Source: Epiperipatus broadwayi
Lineage: Eukaryota; Animalia; Onychophora
Length of the DNA: 64,000 bases
Assembly (NCBI GenBank): GCA_028023455.1
Contig: JAQFVV010000005.1
Span: 17,856,001-17,920,000, forward strand
Reading direction: 5' to 3'
The notes beneath the pieces are model-generated. The model was not told the origin of the DNA and made no database searches. It saw only the letters and a list, made by a program, of their open reading frames with translations. Position 1 is the stretch's first letter, and every line of letters starts with the position of its first letter. The position numbers were made by a program, and so were the translations under genes. This document shows, piece after piece, positions 41,184 to 53,830 of this stretch.

Positions 41184-41850
41184 TTTAATTTAATACATTT
41201 AACAGATTTTATCTCCAAAAAAAAATGGACAAAACATTTGCAGAGTTGTTTGTACAGTAATCCTAAATATTCCATCATTTGGTTCAAATATATTAATAAC
41301 ATTAAAATATTTATTATATGGTCTAGATAATCTTATTAATGCTGAATTTTTTAAAGTTTCACTTTTAAACTTTGGAATGTTATAGAAATTTGTTGATCTC
41401 ATATCCTTTATCTTATAAGATATTGTTGCTTAACAATTTCTCACATCTATTATACCTGATGAAATACATCATACCAGCAAAGATTCATCTTTTATAGAGA
41501 GACATCATACATTATTTAATAGTTAATATATCTTAGAAATTTTTAAAACTTTTACTAGTACTAATCTATGATTAAACTGAGTTGTTTTTTTTCCTCAATT
41601 AAAACTGGATCCACAAACTTTAGCTTTTGAATCTGCTGCTCTATCATTTGTGCTAAATTGCATAGCACAAATGATTCAGTGTGTATTCAAAATAAAGAAT
41701 TTGATTGGCCTTTATTAAATCAAAAATTGATCCACAAACTTTAGATTATAAATCTGCCATACTAATAAAGTCCAATGCACAGGACTGCTATATTCAAAAT
41801 AAAAAATCAATTTTTTTATTAATTTTTTATTATTACTAATAATATTAAAA

Positions 41851-42090
41851 CATAAACATCACATGACCACCACTTCTTATGCTTGTGTATAGCTGTTGTT
41901 AAAACAGGCAAAACTCACTATACGTATTGCCACACACAGCAAGCTAGAGTAATCAATGGATGCCAGAAGGCTTGTGCATAAAATCTCCATCTAGTGCCTA
42001 CTCATCCAATATCCCCAGACTAGTTTCTGGCTTGTGGCCTTCATCTAACTTGCTATGTGTGGCAATACATATAGTGAGTTTTGCCTGTTT
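41851..42090 (-). mobile_element. Fold-back copy of the HHR repeat family, with 11-bp TSD and truncated HHR
   Basis: Arms at ~41899-41946 and ~42046-42093. HHR remnant at 42011-42046 reads ATGA-A-GGC-CACAA-GCC-A-GAAAC-TA-GTC-TGGGGA on the minus strand, cut inside the core by the inversion. TSD TAATATTAAAA at 41840-41850 and 42091-42101. Confidence 0.8.
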
Positions 42091-42699
42091 TAATATTAAA
42101 ATATTTTAAAAAGTATTATCTACAAACATTACAAGACCTATTTAATAAATGAACCTTTAATATCGCAATCCAGTCAAGTTGAGTGTTGTGCCAGAATAAA
42201 AGATTTGAGTTTGAAAGATTCCTATATTAAAATATAACTACATGGATGCCAAACAACAAGGGACCATTCAATTATTTATCACAAATGAATTTTGTATTGC
42301 AGGATTACAATGAATTTTAAACATGCTATAATAATTTCTGATAAGGTTTGGAGTGTTGCAATAATAAGCAACACCGATAAAGATTGGCAGTTTGTTATTT
42401 ACTTACAATTACTTCTAATCCCCCCAAAATTTTGGAATTAAAAAAACCTGCTTTAAGCAGATTACTTATCATCACTATAAAAAAATACATAATAATTAGA
42501 TGCATTAATTTTTATTACTAACTGGCAGAATTAAAATTATGAAAAGTAAATGCAATGCCACATATTAACATGTTTAGTAATTGCATATTCCAATTATTAA
42601 AAGTATGATTTGGATTTCAAGTAAACTCTATATAATCTTTTCATATTCTACTCTCAAATTTCATTGGTAGTATAAGAGCATACACATAGTCTGTTTTAG

Positions 42700-45600
42700 A
42701 TGTTACTAAAATCCTTCTTTCAATCTCAAAAATGGTAATGTAAATAATGAGTAATCTCAGTAGACATTAGGGGACATTTCATAAAGACTCCTACAATGTT
42801 CAAAAGATTGAAGAGAATGTTACAGATGAATTAGGAAAAGTAAATTATGAGACAGTCTTGATAGGGGACTCATTAATTTAGAGGATGTGGAGATGTAATT
42901 GCAAGGGAAAATAGAAATAAGTATGTAAGAGTATGTTTGCTTGCAACTAGAATTAAGGACGTTACAAATAAAATAAATAAACAGGGGAGTAGAGATGTTT
43001 ATATTATGGTGGTGACAAATAATTTGTCAGAGCCATCAGAAAGAGTATTGGATAGGTACAAAGAATTGATTAGTAGTATGAATAAGATTAAAGGAAAAGT
43101 AGGCTTAGTTGGAATATTACCAACATTTAACAATAGGTATATGTTAGATAGGGCATGTTCTATAAATGAGAGAATGACAAAAATAATGTTATGTTTGTGG
43201 ATTTGTAGGATTTTTTTATTAGTAAGAGGGAGTTATACAGTAAAGATTGATTGCATTTAGCAAAATAAGGAAGTGAAACATTAGGGGGTTTGATTTATGA
43301 AAAATATTATAATTTGAGAAACTTATAAAGAGGTAGGGTTTTAAATTACAGTATTATCAAAAAAAAAAAGGTTGATAGATTGTTTTAAAATATAAACAAA
43401 GGGTAGCTAATTCAGATATAAACATATATGTAAAGAGGGGATGGGTTTGTAAAACTAATGATAAACAAACTAATTATAAATATAATAGAGAAGAAATAGT
43501 CAAAAGAATTTTTAAAAGGGTAGTAAGAAAGGAAAAAAATTGTTAAAATTGGATATTTAAATATGCAAGGTGGTAGGAAATCAGAAAAGTGGTTGGAATT
43601 AAACAAAGCAGTTAAAAACGAAGGGCTTGAGGTATTAGCAATAGCGGAAATACATATTGGAGAAGAATCTACACTGAAAAATTTGGTATGGCAGGGTATA
43701 AATACAAAAGAAAAAAGGGATGGTAGTATAGAAGTTATGTCAAAAAAATTTTAAATACTGTAAAGTGTCAAGAACTTTGTGGTTTGAGATAAGAATAGGA
43801 AGACAAGAATGGATGGTGTCTATATTGCATATGACCATTGGAAATAATCAAACTATAATGGAGTGGAACAAGAGCATATATGAATGCTTATCTAAGAATG
43901 TACAGAATTTCAAAAAAGGGGTAAAAAAATAATGGTGATAGGGAATTAAACTGAGAGAGTGCAAATCTCTCAAGCGCTTATGACTATCACCAGCCAATCA
44001 GATCAAGCACTGAGACAGAGAATTTAACAAGAAAAAGGTGGTTCCACCTTCTTCTTTACTTGTCTTTCTATATATCCAAACTAGTCTAAAGTACTTAGAT
44101 CTGAAAGCATGAATCTTAAATATCTTCACACTCAACACACTGAGTTCAAATTACAAACATACAGCGTGAAATCTTTCGATTTACTACGCAGTAGTTTTTC
44201 GATGTTATAACTTGCAGCAATGTAAGTAAATAATATTTATTTTATTCATGCTTTCAGATCTAAGTACTTTAGACTGGCTTGGATATATAGAAAGACAAGT
44301 AAAGAAGAAGGTGGAACCACCTTTTTCTTGTTAAATTCTCTGTCTCAGTGCTTGATCTGATTGGCTGGTGATAGTCATAAGTGCTTGAGAGATTTGCACT
44401 CTCTCAGTTTAATTTCAATACCGTCTGCACTTTATAAAATAAATATTATTTATATACGGTGATAGGGAATATGAATGGGCATATTGAAGAAATTGATTAC
44501 TTGGATAACAAAAATTGACAGCTTTTGAATTTTTTTTTATCAGGGAGTGAATTTGATCATTGGAAACTTATCAAATATTTATGAGGGACAATACACATGG
44601 TCTAGAAAAAATATATTCCACACTTTAGATTATGTATTAGTAGAGAAAGAGGAATGAAAGGATTGAAAATTAAAGTGTTTGATAATGAAGAGAGAGCATG
44701 TAATAGTGATCATAATTTCTTTGTAATAAAAATGGTTGGTAATGTGATGGAAAATAATAATAAAAAGTTGAAAGGATAGTGAAAGATGTGGATGGAAAGT
44801 GAATGATAGGAATAAGTTAAAAAATATAAAATAAAAGTTGAAGAAATTATGGAAGAGTTTGTTGGAGATAAATATAAGGACTGGTGTGGGGAAATAAGGG
44901 TGAGAATATTCAGAAGAATAAAAGTAATAGAAAAGTGAGAATTAGTAAAAGTGTAAAAGAGAGAGAAAAAGCTTGCAGTAAATATAAATGTGCTATTAAA
45001 AACAAAGAAAGTGAAAAAGAATGTAAATATTAAACGGGAAAACTATTTAATTAAAAAGAAGGTTAAAATAGATAATTATATAGAGAGAATGAAATTAAAT
45101 AGTAAATTATTGGAGGATATTAATAAAAGCCAAAGAGATGGGAGTAAAAAATTTGGGAAATATATTAAATGTAGGGAGAAATAGTATTACTAAATGATGG
45201 AAGAAAGAGTGTAGCTCTAGAGAAGAATTAGAGACAATCTTAAATAAGTATATAATGGATATAGAAAAAGATATTATATGTAGACAGAGTAATAAACATA
45301 AAAGCACCTAATAATGGAAATATTAGTTTTACAGAAAATGAATTGAATGAGGCAGGAAAGAAGTTGAAAAGTGGACAGACAAGAGGTTTAGATGGATGGG
45401 CAACAGAGATAGTGATGAATGGGAGAAATTAAAACTAATATCATGTTTTAATAAGATGGCTCAGAAGACAGAATTTCCAGATAGCTGGAATAATACAAGA
45501 GTGATTTAAAGGAAAGGGTAAGAGCCATAGAAAGGTAAACAATTATAGACTGGTAGCAGCAATGCCAGTGTTGTATAAAGTTTTTGTATATATGGTGACT

Positions 45601-47310
45601 GGAAGAGTGGCAAAATGGATGGAAGAAAATAATATAATGGGAGAAATGCAAGGAGATTTTAGAATGGATAGACATATAGGAAATATTTTATTTATAGTGA
45701 CATAAATTATAGATATGAGTAGGAATATAGGTAGGCAGTTGTATATGGTCTTTATAGATATAGAGAAGGCATATAATAGAGTAAATAGAAATAGATTATG
45801 GGCAAATTTAATAAATTTGGGAATGAATGGAGCTTCAGTAGATCTTACTAAGAGATTATATGAAAATAATTACTATATATATATCAGTTAGGAAATATAG
45901 AATCATTTAGAGTCAAAAATGAGGTGGGACTAAGGCAAGGATGCACTATGTCAGAGAAAGCAATAGAAAAGCTAGGAAGAGAGGTAGAGATACCATAATA
46001 GATGGCAAGGGAGTATATATACATTATCAGGTCTTTTATTTTCTGATGGTATTTTCTTGTGTACAAAAAGTTGGAAAGATATGGAAGTTGCGCTGAAGAC
46101 TGATGCAAGGGTGGGGAAACAGATGGGGTTCAAATTTTGTGAAGAAAAATCAAAAGTAATGGTGATAAATGCTGGGTTAAGAGAAGAGAAACAATTTTTC
46201 TTGGGGGATAAAAAGTTAAATGTGGTGAATAAGTATAACTATTTGAAATCATCTTAAGTAATCAGAGGAATTGCTCGAATGAATGGGAGAAATAATTGGA
46301 TAAATGAAGCAAAGAAATAAAAGGGATTGATAAACAAATTAACAGTGTTTTAATATAATAAATATGATGTAGAAAGCATTATATTGAAGGGAGTGGCAGT
46401 AGCAGAGTTAACTTAAGATAGTGATATGTTATGCATTAGTAAAGAGATGTTAGATTACTTAGAAAAAGTACAAAGATAAGTAGAAAGACATACATTAGAT
46501 GCAGAAGTATGGATAGCAAAGGAGGCAATTCAAGGGAAAATGGGATTGCAATTTATGGAAGTAAAAGAATAGCCAAAATAGTATTTAACTGGGTTATAAG
46601 TAAGGGACAGGCAACAAGATGGGTGAGAGAGGTAGTATGATATGCAGAAGATTTGGATAAAGACTTTTTGTCAGTATACTTGTACAAAAGATGGGATGTT
46701 CATGTTAGGTGGATTTTTAAGTGATATAATAGCTAAGGATGGGATAGAAGAATAGTATGCATTAATAAAAAAATAAAAAGCTGGAGAGATGGAGAGTAAA
46801 AAGAGCCTAAATATATATAGAAGTAAACAGAATATTGGGTGTGAGTTATTTTATGATAATAGCAAGGGAAATAGTTTACTGTATAAGGTTCAAACAGGAT
46901 CATTAGTAACAAGAGATTATACACATAAATGGAGAAATGTGAATGGCTGCAAGTTATGTAAGGAAGGCATAGAAAATATTAGACATTTGGTAATTAAATG
47001 TAAATGCCTACAAACAGAAAGGATACAAATAATGAAATTGTGGGAGACTAAATATAAACTAAGTGATTATATGAAAGTGGGTTCTTGGTCTGTATGCTGG
47101 GCTTGGGAAAAAATAAGGGGGATTTAGATATAAAGATCATAAAGTAGACAAAGATGATGTTGTGGAAATGGGATAGAGCAGGATAGCAAAGAATATGAGA
47201 AAAATTTAGGGTGAGGGATGAAAAATAAAGTGGCTAATATGTTTTTCTTGGCATATTGGCTAAGAGATACCTGACTTCGATAAAGGAGTAGCCATATCAT
47301 ATCACATCAC
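42700..47310 (+). mobile_element. Decayed near-full-length LINE (RTEX/CR1-like): SGNH-esterase ORF1, APE endonuclease, RT, C-terminal zinc finger
   Basis: ORF1: VLIGDSL...VCL..RIKDV...GKVGLVGILP. APE: LNMQGGRK...LEVLAIAEIH and IMVIG(D/N)MNGHI. RT: NYRLVAAMPVLYKVF, FIDIEKAYNRVNR, GLRQGCTMS. C-terminus: YDNSKGNSLL...CKLCKEGIENIRHLVIKC. Tail CCATATCATATCACATCAC. The clade assignment is tentative. Confidence 0.9.
43947..44457. mobile_element. Young fold-back insertion (~175-bp near-perfect arms) with 13-bp TSD, nested in the LINE endonuclease
   Basis: ~43944-44113 is inverted at ~44244-44414. TSD GGTGATAGGGAAT at 43934-43946 and 44458-44470. Removing the insert restores IMVIGNMNGHI. Confidence 0.9.
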
Positions 47311-47992
47311 CAATTATCAAATTGGTGTTTTTTTGATAAGTCCTAATTTGTACTTTTTTTCTAGAAAAAGATAAAATGATAAAAATTGGTCATAAAATTT
47401 TGATGCCTACTACCTGGTTTTCAATAATGTTACATATATTTTCCATGTGATTCTTAAAATTGGAACAGAATTGTAACTAGTAACTAATTATTATAACCTA
47501 AAATAATCAATGAATACTTATGGTTTTTATATGCTATTTGTCCAATTCTATTCCTATTAGTAATAACAATTGTATGTGGGAAATAATGTCATTTTCAATA
47601 ATAATAAGTAAATAAAAAAAGAGAACTTACAGGCCGAATCCCAGGAAAAGCCTATAAAAAATAAAAGAAAGAAATCATTTATAAGTAATATTAATTTAAG
47701 TCATTATAAATCACAAAACTTCAAATTTATTCTAAATAATGTCAAACAATGGGTGAAATCTTTTATCATTCATAACCAGGTTAATGACCTGTTGATTTAT
47801 TTAGATGCAAGAAATTGATACCCAGTGTCTAATGACAAAATCAAAAATTATAGATTAATAAATGTATTTGTAAATTTATTAATTTGAGATCCTGTGATAT
47901 CTTTCACAGTTGCCAAACTGAATATTAATGGCCACTATCTTCATCCATAGTCATTTATGAAATGCTTGTATATATTAATGTCATCATTGTTT

Positions 47993-48132
47993 TAAGCCAA
48001 TAAACATCACATGACCACCATTTCTTATGCTTGCTCATAACTGTTATTAAAATAGACAAAACTCTCTATACATATTGCCATTCAGTGCAAGCCAGAGTGC
48101 ACTGAGTGGCAATATGTGTAGAGAGTTTTGCC
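47993..48132. mobile_element. Fold-back copy of the HHR repeat family, with 14-bp TSD
   Basis: Arms CAAAACTCTCTATACATATTGCCATTCAGTGCA / TGCACTGAGTGGCAATATGTGTAGAGAGTTTTG. TSD TGTCATCATTGTTT at 47979-47992 and 48133-48146. Confidence 0.8.
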
Positions 48133-48283
48133 TGTCATCATTGTTTAATATAGTTTAGAATAAACTTAAAGAATATTTAATGGAATATGCTAAATGTCTT
48201 CTCTACAATGTTTAGACTAGTTAGAGGTCTTCTTCTGCATATCATGTTATGATTCTAAAGAAGAAAACTGCTAATTAATCAAA

Positions 48284-48465
48284 ATAAAGCAAAACTCCAT
48301 ATAGTAGTGCCACCTGTGCTAAACAGAGTAATCAATGGATGCCAGAAGGCTTGCGCATAAAATCCCTATCTAATGCCTACTCATCCAATATCCCCAGACT
48401 AGTTTCTGGCTTGTGGCCTTCATCAGTGCTAGTATTGGAGATGTGATCATGTGATGCTTGCTGGT
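48284..48465 (-). mobile_element. Partial monomer of the HHR repeat family
   Basis: Contains the GTAATCAATGGATGCCAGAAGGCTTG...CATCCAATATCCCCAGAC block shared with the ~41945-42030 and ~27380-27451 segments. Confidence 0.8.
48390..48428 (-). ncRNA. Minimal type-I hammerhead ribozyme (intact core and stems II/III, short stem I)
   Basis: Minus strand CA-CTGATGA-A-GGC-CACAA-GCC-A-GAAAC-TA-GTC-TGGGGAT. Confidence 0.75.
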
Positions 48466-49635
48466 TTAATCAAAATATTGGAGAAATCAAATAAACAAAA
48501 AGATATTGAAAACACAAAAGAGTAAAATTGTTTTCATTTTTTTTAAAAAACACTATAAAACAATACAGGAGAATTCTGATTATCCAAGTTTTTTTTATAA
48601 AGCATTTTCATTTATTTAACATATCATTATCATGAAATATTTTCTCATTAATAATAGTTTTTTTTTAAACTTTTCACCATAATTTGAAAATAATATTGAG
48701 ACTCATTTGCTGCAAATTAAGAAGGTAACAATCTTTATATATACATAACTTAATCATATATTCATTATTTAAGTCTTGAATAAAAGATATTTTTTAAATA
48801 AATGCAATACAGTAGACAGATTAATATGACTGAATAATGTTAAGGGTAGGTTTCTTTTTTGTCACTTTTAATCTAATAACTTGTAATTTACGATTTATTT
48901 ATTTTATCATAAAATGATAATCAAAATAAAAAAAGTTTTTTTTCATTTTTAAAATCATTATCAAAAATTATCAAAATGTTTGGTTACATATGAAAACGAT
49001 GAACTTATATTTTACTTTTCTTCCATCAACCTTTCTGCACTGATTTTATTAGTATGAATATAAACAAATAATAATAATACACTCTTTTATGCACTTCACA
49101 CAATGTGAAACAAACTCCTAAAAATAGCTCACATTTTCAACTCTACAATGGCCTTCTTCAGAACCATATCCCACACTATTTAATAGTGGAAAAAACTGTT
49201 AAGAAGATTGTTGACAATCAAAACTTTCAATTAATTATCTTTAGAAGTTTGAAATAATAAATATATTTGCATGATATAAAGTCCATAGATGAATTGGTAT
49301 TGTTTTATAAATTAATATTATACATGAATTGACCAGATATGAAAACAAAATTTTTAAAAACAAATACAATCATAATAGTATGAATGAGAATATTTAAGTG
49401 CTCTCATTTGGTTGTAAAATTAAATTATTAAATAATAATATTTAATAACATAATACATTTCTAAACTCAATATATTCTTAAAACATATAAATAAAGATTA
49501 TAAGTAAAAGCCAAATAAATTCCAAGATGCATTTCTCGAATTTTCTTCATCATATATTAATATTCAATTTTCAAGTGCATCATTACTTAAATGCATTCAT
49601 TTTGACAATAGACTTTAAGACAAATATTTCAGATT

Positions 49636-49731
49636 GTGGTGGTCGAGAGGTCAGCAACAATTGCTTTACAAGCAGTTGTCCCGGGCTAGTGGGTTCGCTT
49701 CCCAGCTGATGCTATGACACATGATAAAAAA
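49636..49731 (+). mobile_element. Short tRNA-derived SINE
   Basis: GTGGTGGTCGAGAGGTCAGC...GGGTTCGCTTCCC...TGACACATGAT(A)n. TSD AAATATTTCAGATT at 49622-49635 and 49732-49745. Confidence 0.85.
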
Positions 49732-52027
49732 AAATATTTCAGATTATTTAGTACTCATTTTATTAGTTATAAATTATTATTAAATTTTCAATCCAGATAT
49801 ATATCAATTATTAAATTCCAACATAAATATCATTTAACATCCACCACTTTTCCCTGATCATGCATGGTATCTCCAGTCCATAATAAAAATTTATACAAAT
49901 GATACTTTCTTAAAACATATGGATAAAGATATATCAAATGATCCCCAACCTGCAATTTTTGTAAAAAGCAGTCTTCATCAAATGTTCTGGATTTTTCCTC
50001 CCAATATCTTCAACATCAAAATTTAAATGCTATATGTAATAGATGATTGAATTATAAACTATGACATCGCAAGACTCATAGAACTGATATTGGAAAAACC
50101 ACCCTATCATTAGCTTTGTCAAATGTTTAAACATCATTAATGGTAAACTAGTCATAAGATGCTAACATTGTCATAATTTACAATTCAAAAGTTAGCTATT
50201 ATATATATCTAATATCTTCTTTTTAAAATGAGTTAATAGATGGTGCTTAAGAATTCTCATTTGCAATATTATGCCATCTCTTTATTGTAATAATTACATA
50301 ATTTGTTATAATATACAATATTTAAATAAGGCTATAATCTTAGTACATGCACTTTGAGTGCTTAATTTATTACAAGAGAGACTTCTACAAATCTAAACGC
50401 AAGATTTGACTTTATAAAGATAAGAGCGGCCATTGCGCTTAAGAAGAATTAATATTTGTAATATACAATGCAAATGTATAACTAAAAGATATAATTAACA
50501 GTGACTGTTACATTAGGAGCAAATTCAATTTACTGCATTTCATTGCCACTAATCTGTTGTAAGTTTGGGTAATCAATAAATATTAGATAATAGATGGCAG
50601 TAGTGTAACAGAAAAAATAAAGTTTGTTCCTACAAAACATTATGCAAATTGGGATCATATGATTGTTAACAGCATAAAGATATATACAAAAAATATATGC
50701 AGTAATTAAATGAATTCATTTTAATAAATTATGCTGGTCTTTTATATTTAAAAAATGTTCAAATGATTACAAAAAAAAGAGAAGGTAATCATGAGCTCAA
50801 CATTCACTGTGAAAGCCCGCACATTATATTTGTATTTTTTATTTTACAATCAATGTATTGATCCTCATACAATTAAGCTTGATCCATCTATAACCCTTAA
50901 TCTCTAGTTAAGAAAAGTTAAGATATCCTTTTCCTAGCCACTACTAGATTGTCTAGCTTAGTTAAATGTGAGCTATTTATTAAAAAAAAAACAAATCAAG
51001 CTCTAATCTAGTCTTTGTCCTGAAAAAATTTCGGGGTTCTTCTAACCCAAACTTGAATCCCTGATTATGAGTATAGCAAATGGATAACTACCATACCAAA
51101 AAACCCACCAGAATGCAAATGCTGTAATTTTATAACGATTTCTGAATTATTCATAAAGAATTGGAACATTGTTGTAACACTATTCAAATTGTTTTTCTTT
51201 CTTCACTAACCACCATTTCAAGTGTGGTCAATATTTTTATTTACTTGACCATCTGTTTTAATAGAAAATTTGCTTATTTTGATCAAAAACATTAACAAAA
51301 GAAGATATATATAATTTTGAAACAATTAATATTATGTAATTATTTTTACTAATATCAACAACATTACTAACACAATTTGCGTAAAAATACAATATTTTAA
51401 TAATAAAAGTAACTGACAGTTTCAATTATCCAACAGCCTTTTTCAGAAGTCTTAACATACACGTTATATATATATAAGTATCCAATCATAATAAATTGAA
51501 CATATAAAACAAAGCTTTCCATACATATATGTACAAAAAATTAAATTAATTTACTTTTAATTAAATTTTTTATATTACCTGTGAATTATTTTTTTTAACA
51601 AGTTTTTATTATACTAATTATATAACAAACAAAAAATTTTAAAAATATTTTTTGGTAGCATTAAGAAAGTAATTTTTTATATTGATAAATAATAAAAAGA
51701 CAAACCAAAATATAAATAAATGCGAAAAAATATATATTAATTCAAGAAATTTTCACTAGAAGTCGCTAATTATTTAATAAAATCAAAAATTATTTTAGGG
51801 AAGTTTTATGCATAAGATGAAATAAATAGAATATTACTGAAGTAGTTGCCCTGAAGCAAATCAGAATAATGCATTTGGGTCTCTGATACTTAAGGATCAT
51901 TAAACTGTCGATCAATAAATAAATTATTTATAATTTAACTGTTAATGATAAGTAATTAATAAAATTTATTTAATATTGTTTATTATTAAGTCAAATATTT
52001 TTTTACTTTTGGAAAATATATATATTC

Positions 52028-52304
52028 TAGCACGTGTGCGTGTGTGGCGCAACTGTTCCCAAAAGCTATAAAGTGTTAATATAAAATAGATAACTAAAAA
52101 CAAACGAGAAATTGAATTAGCATATTTGCATATCATTAAATATAGTAGCAAGCTATGATTACAAAGGCAAGATCCTTTGAAAGTGCTCAGCTCGTTTGTT
52201 TTTAGCTATCTATTTTATATTAATACTTTATAGCTTTTGGGAACAGTTGCGCCACACACGCACACGTGCTAAAATTGTTTATTATTATTATTATTTTTGT
52301 TGTT
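52028..52304. mobile_element. Young fold-back insertion (81-bp arms) with 12-bp TSD and HHR-like spacer
   Basis: Arms at 52028-52108 and 52191-52271, with ~2 mismatches. The right side extends to 52304. TSD ATATATATATTC at 52016-52027 and 52305-52316. Confidence 0.8.
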
Positions 52305-52730
52305 ATATATATATTCAAAAAAGGATTAAGATATATATAATAAATAATTTTAAAAGGCTTTACATCATGGGAAATCTAAAAATTTTATTACGTCACTATA
52401 CAGTATTTTTAAAAAATGAAGTGCGGGGAGGGGAGCTCTTAAAGTTATTTGGAAGAAATACAACTGCTACCGCAATTTATTAAAACAATATGATGATAAT
52501 AAGTTTAGATTAGGTAGTCAAGAAATGATTATAAATATACTGTACATTGTGTATTAATAAATAATAAAATCATAAGAAAATAAGAAGTTAGAGCTTACGA
52601 CAAAAAAAAAGAGAGAGAGACCTAAACGATCTCACAACAGATAGAAAATAATACAGGTACAAAAAAAAAAACTATGGATAGGATATAATTGTTAATGATA
52701 TTCAAAAAGTGTACAAAGAATTGGAAAATA

Positions 52731-52824
52731 GTCAAGCGTTGGTGGCCTAGCGGTTAGCATAGCTGTCTTCCAAGTAGCTGGCCCGGATTCGCTTTCCAGT
52801 CAGCGCTTTGACATATGAAAAAAA
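52731..52824 (+). mobile_element. tRNA-Gly(TCC)-derived short SINE / retropseudogene
   Basis: GCGTTGGTGGCCTAGCGGTTAGCATAGCTGTCTTCCAAGTAGCTGGCCCGGATTCG... closely follows canonical eukaryotic tRNA-Gly-TCC. Tail TTTGACATATG(A)n. TSD AATTGGAAAATA at 52719-52730 and 52825-52836. Confidence 0.85.
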
Positions 52825-52969
52825 AATTGGAAAATAAAATAACAGCAAATTGGATTATAATTAAATTACGATGACACTCATCGAAGTTCGGTAGTAAGAA
52901 AAGAGCTTAACAGAAAATTTAAGAAATGCAATATAATAACAAATAATAGAAAACTTTTATGGGAAAGAA

Positions 52970-53830
52970 AAATATTGGCCCATCTCACCCGCAAATGTAG
53001 TAACATAGCAATCTACATGGATTAGGACTACATTCTATTCATGTATTTACTATATAAAAAAACTATTAATCTTTTATCATCCATGGCAAGAATATACCAA
53101 CATTTAGAAGTCACTCTTAAAATAATACATACAGACAAACCTCCTCCATACACAAAATATCACAAAGAAACTATTAAATCAATATCTAACCCTAACATAA
53201 CTTTCCCACAAGACAAATGGTGCTACTGGAATACATATGTACTATTACACACAAACACAAATTATAACTTAGTCTTGCCAATGCTAGACATTAATAATAA
53301 GCAGCTTATGTGTTAATTTAAGTATTGGATACTCGAGCCCAAATTTTTTGATTTTCTACTCAAAATGAATATGTGGTCATTACTAACATTATATTTCGAG
53401 ATATAAGAGAAACATACTTAACATTGACACTATATGTCAGTTGTGCCGTAGATCAGAAAAGAAACAAAACCATATATTCTTTGAGTGTAGTAGCCTACAA
53501 TACACTCGATTATATATTACAAAAATTTATCAGGATAAGAATACCACTATAAGTTCAGTTGTAGTCTTTTACAAATTCCTGCTCTGCAGAAATAAGAAGT
53601 ATAACATTTATACTATATGCATTATGGTGCACTTATCTTTACAATAGTAATGCAAGAAATTACATTTAAAAACAAATTAGAGACAATAAAACAAAGAGAT
53701 AAAAAATCATCCAATCAGACATTTTTGCAGACACTTGGTCATTTGTCCACCAGGGTTCTAACCTCTAGTGAGATGTATTTTCTGTTTTCTATTTTATTGT
53801 AAATGTTTTAATAGTAGTATAATTCATTGA
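52970..53830 (+). mobile_element. L1/Tx1-type LINE 3' fragment (zf-RVT)
   Basis: Broken frame ...DTICQLCRRSEKKQNHIFFECSSL..., matching the C..C...E...H.FF.C motif (ORFs 53041, 53441). Confidence 0.65.

Noticed and set aside
43944-44414. Assembly artefact explanation for the long inverted repeats
   Set aside because: The arms differ at a few positions and are bounded by exact TSDs that restore the interrupted LINE motif, as expected for a real insertion.
52735-52806. Functional tRNA-Gly(TCC) gene
   Set aside because: It has stem mismatches, a family-specific tail with poly(A), a TSD and multiple diverged copies, so a SINE or retropseudogene is more likely.
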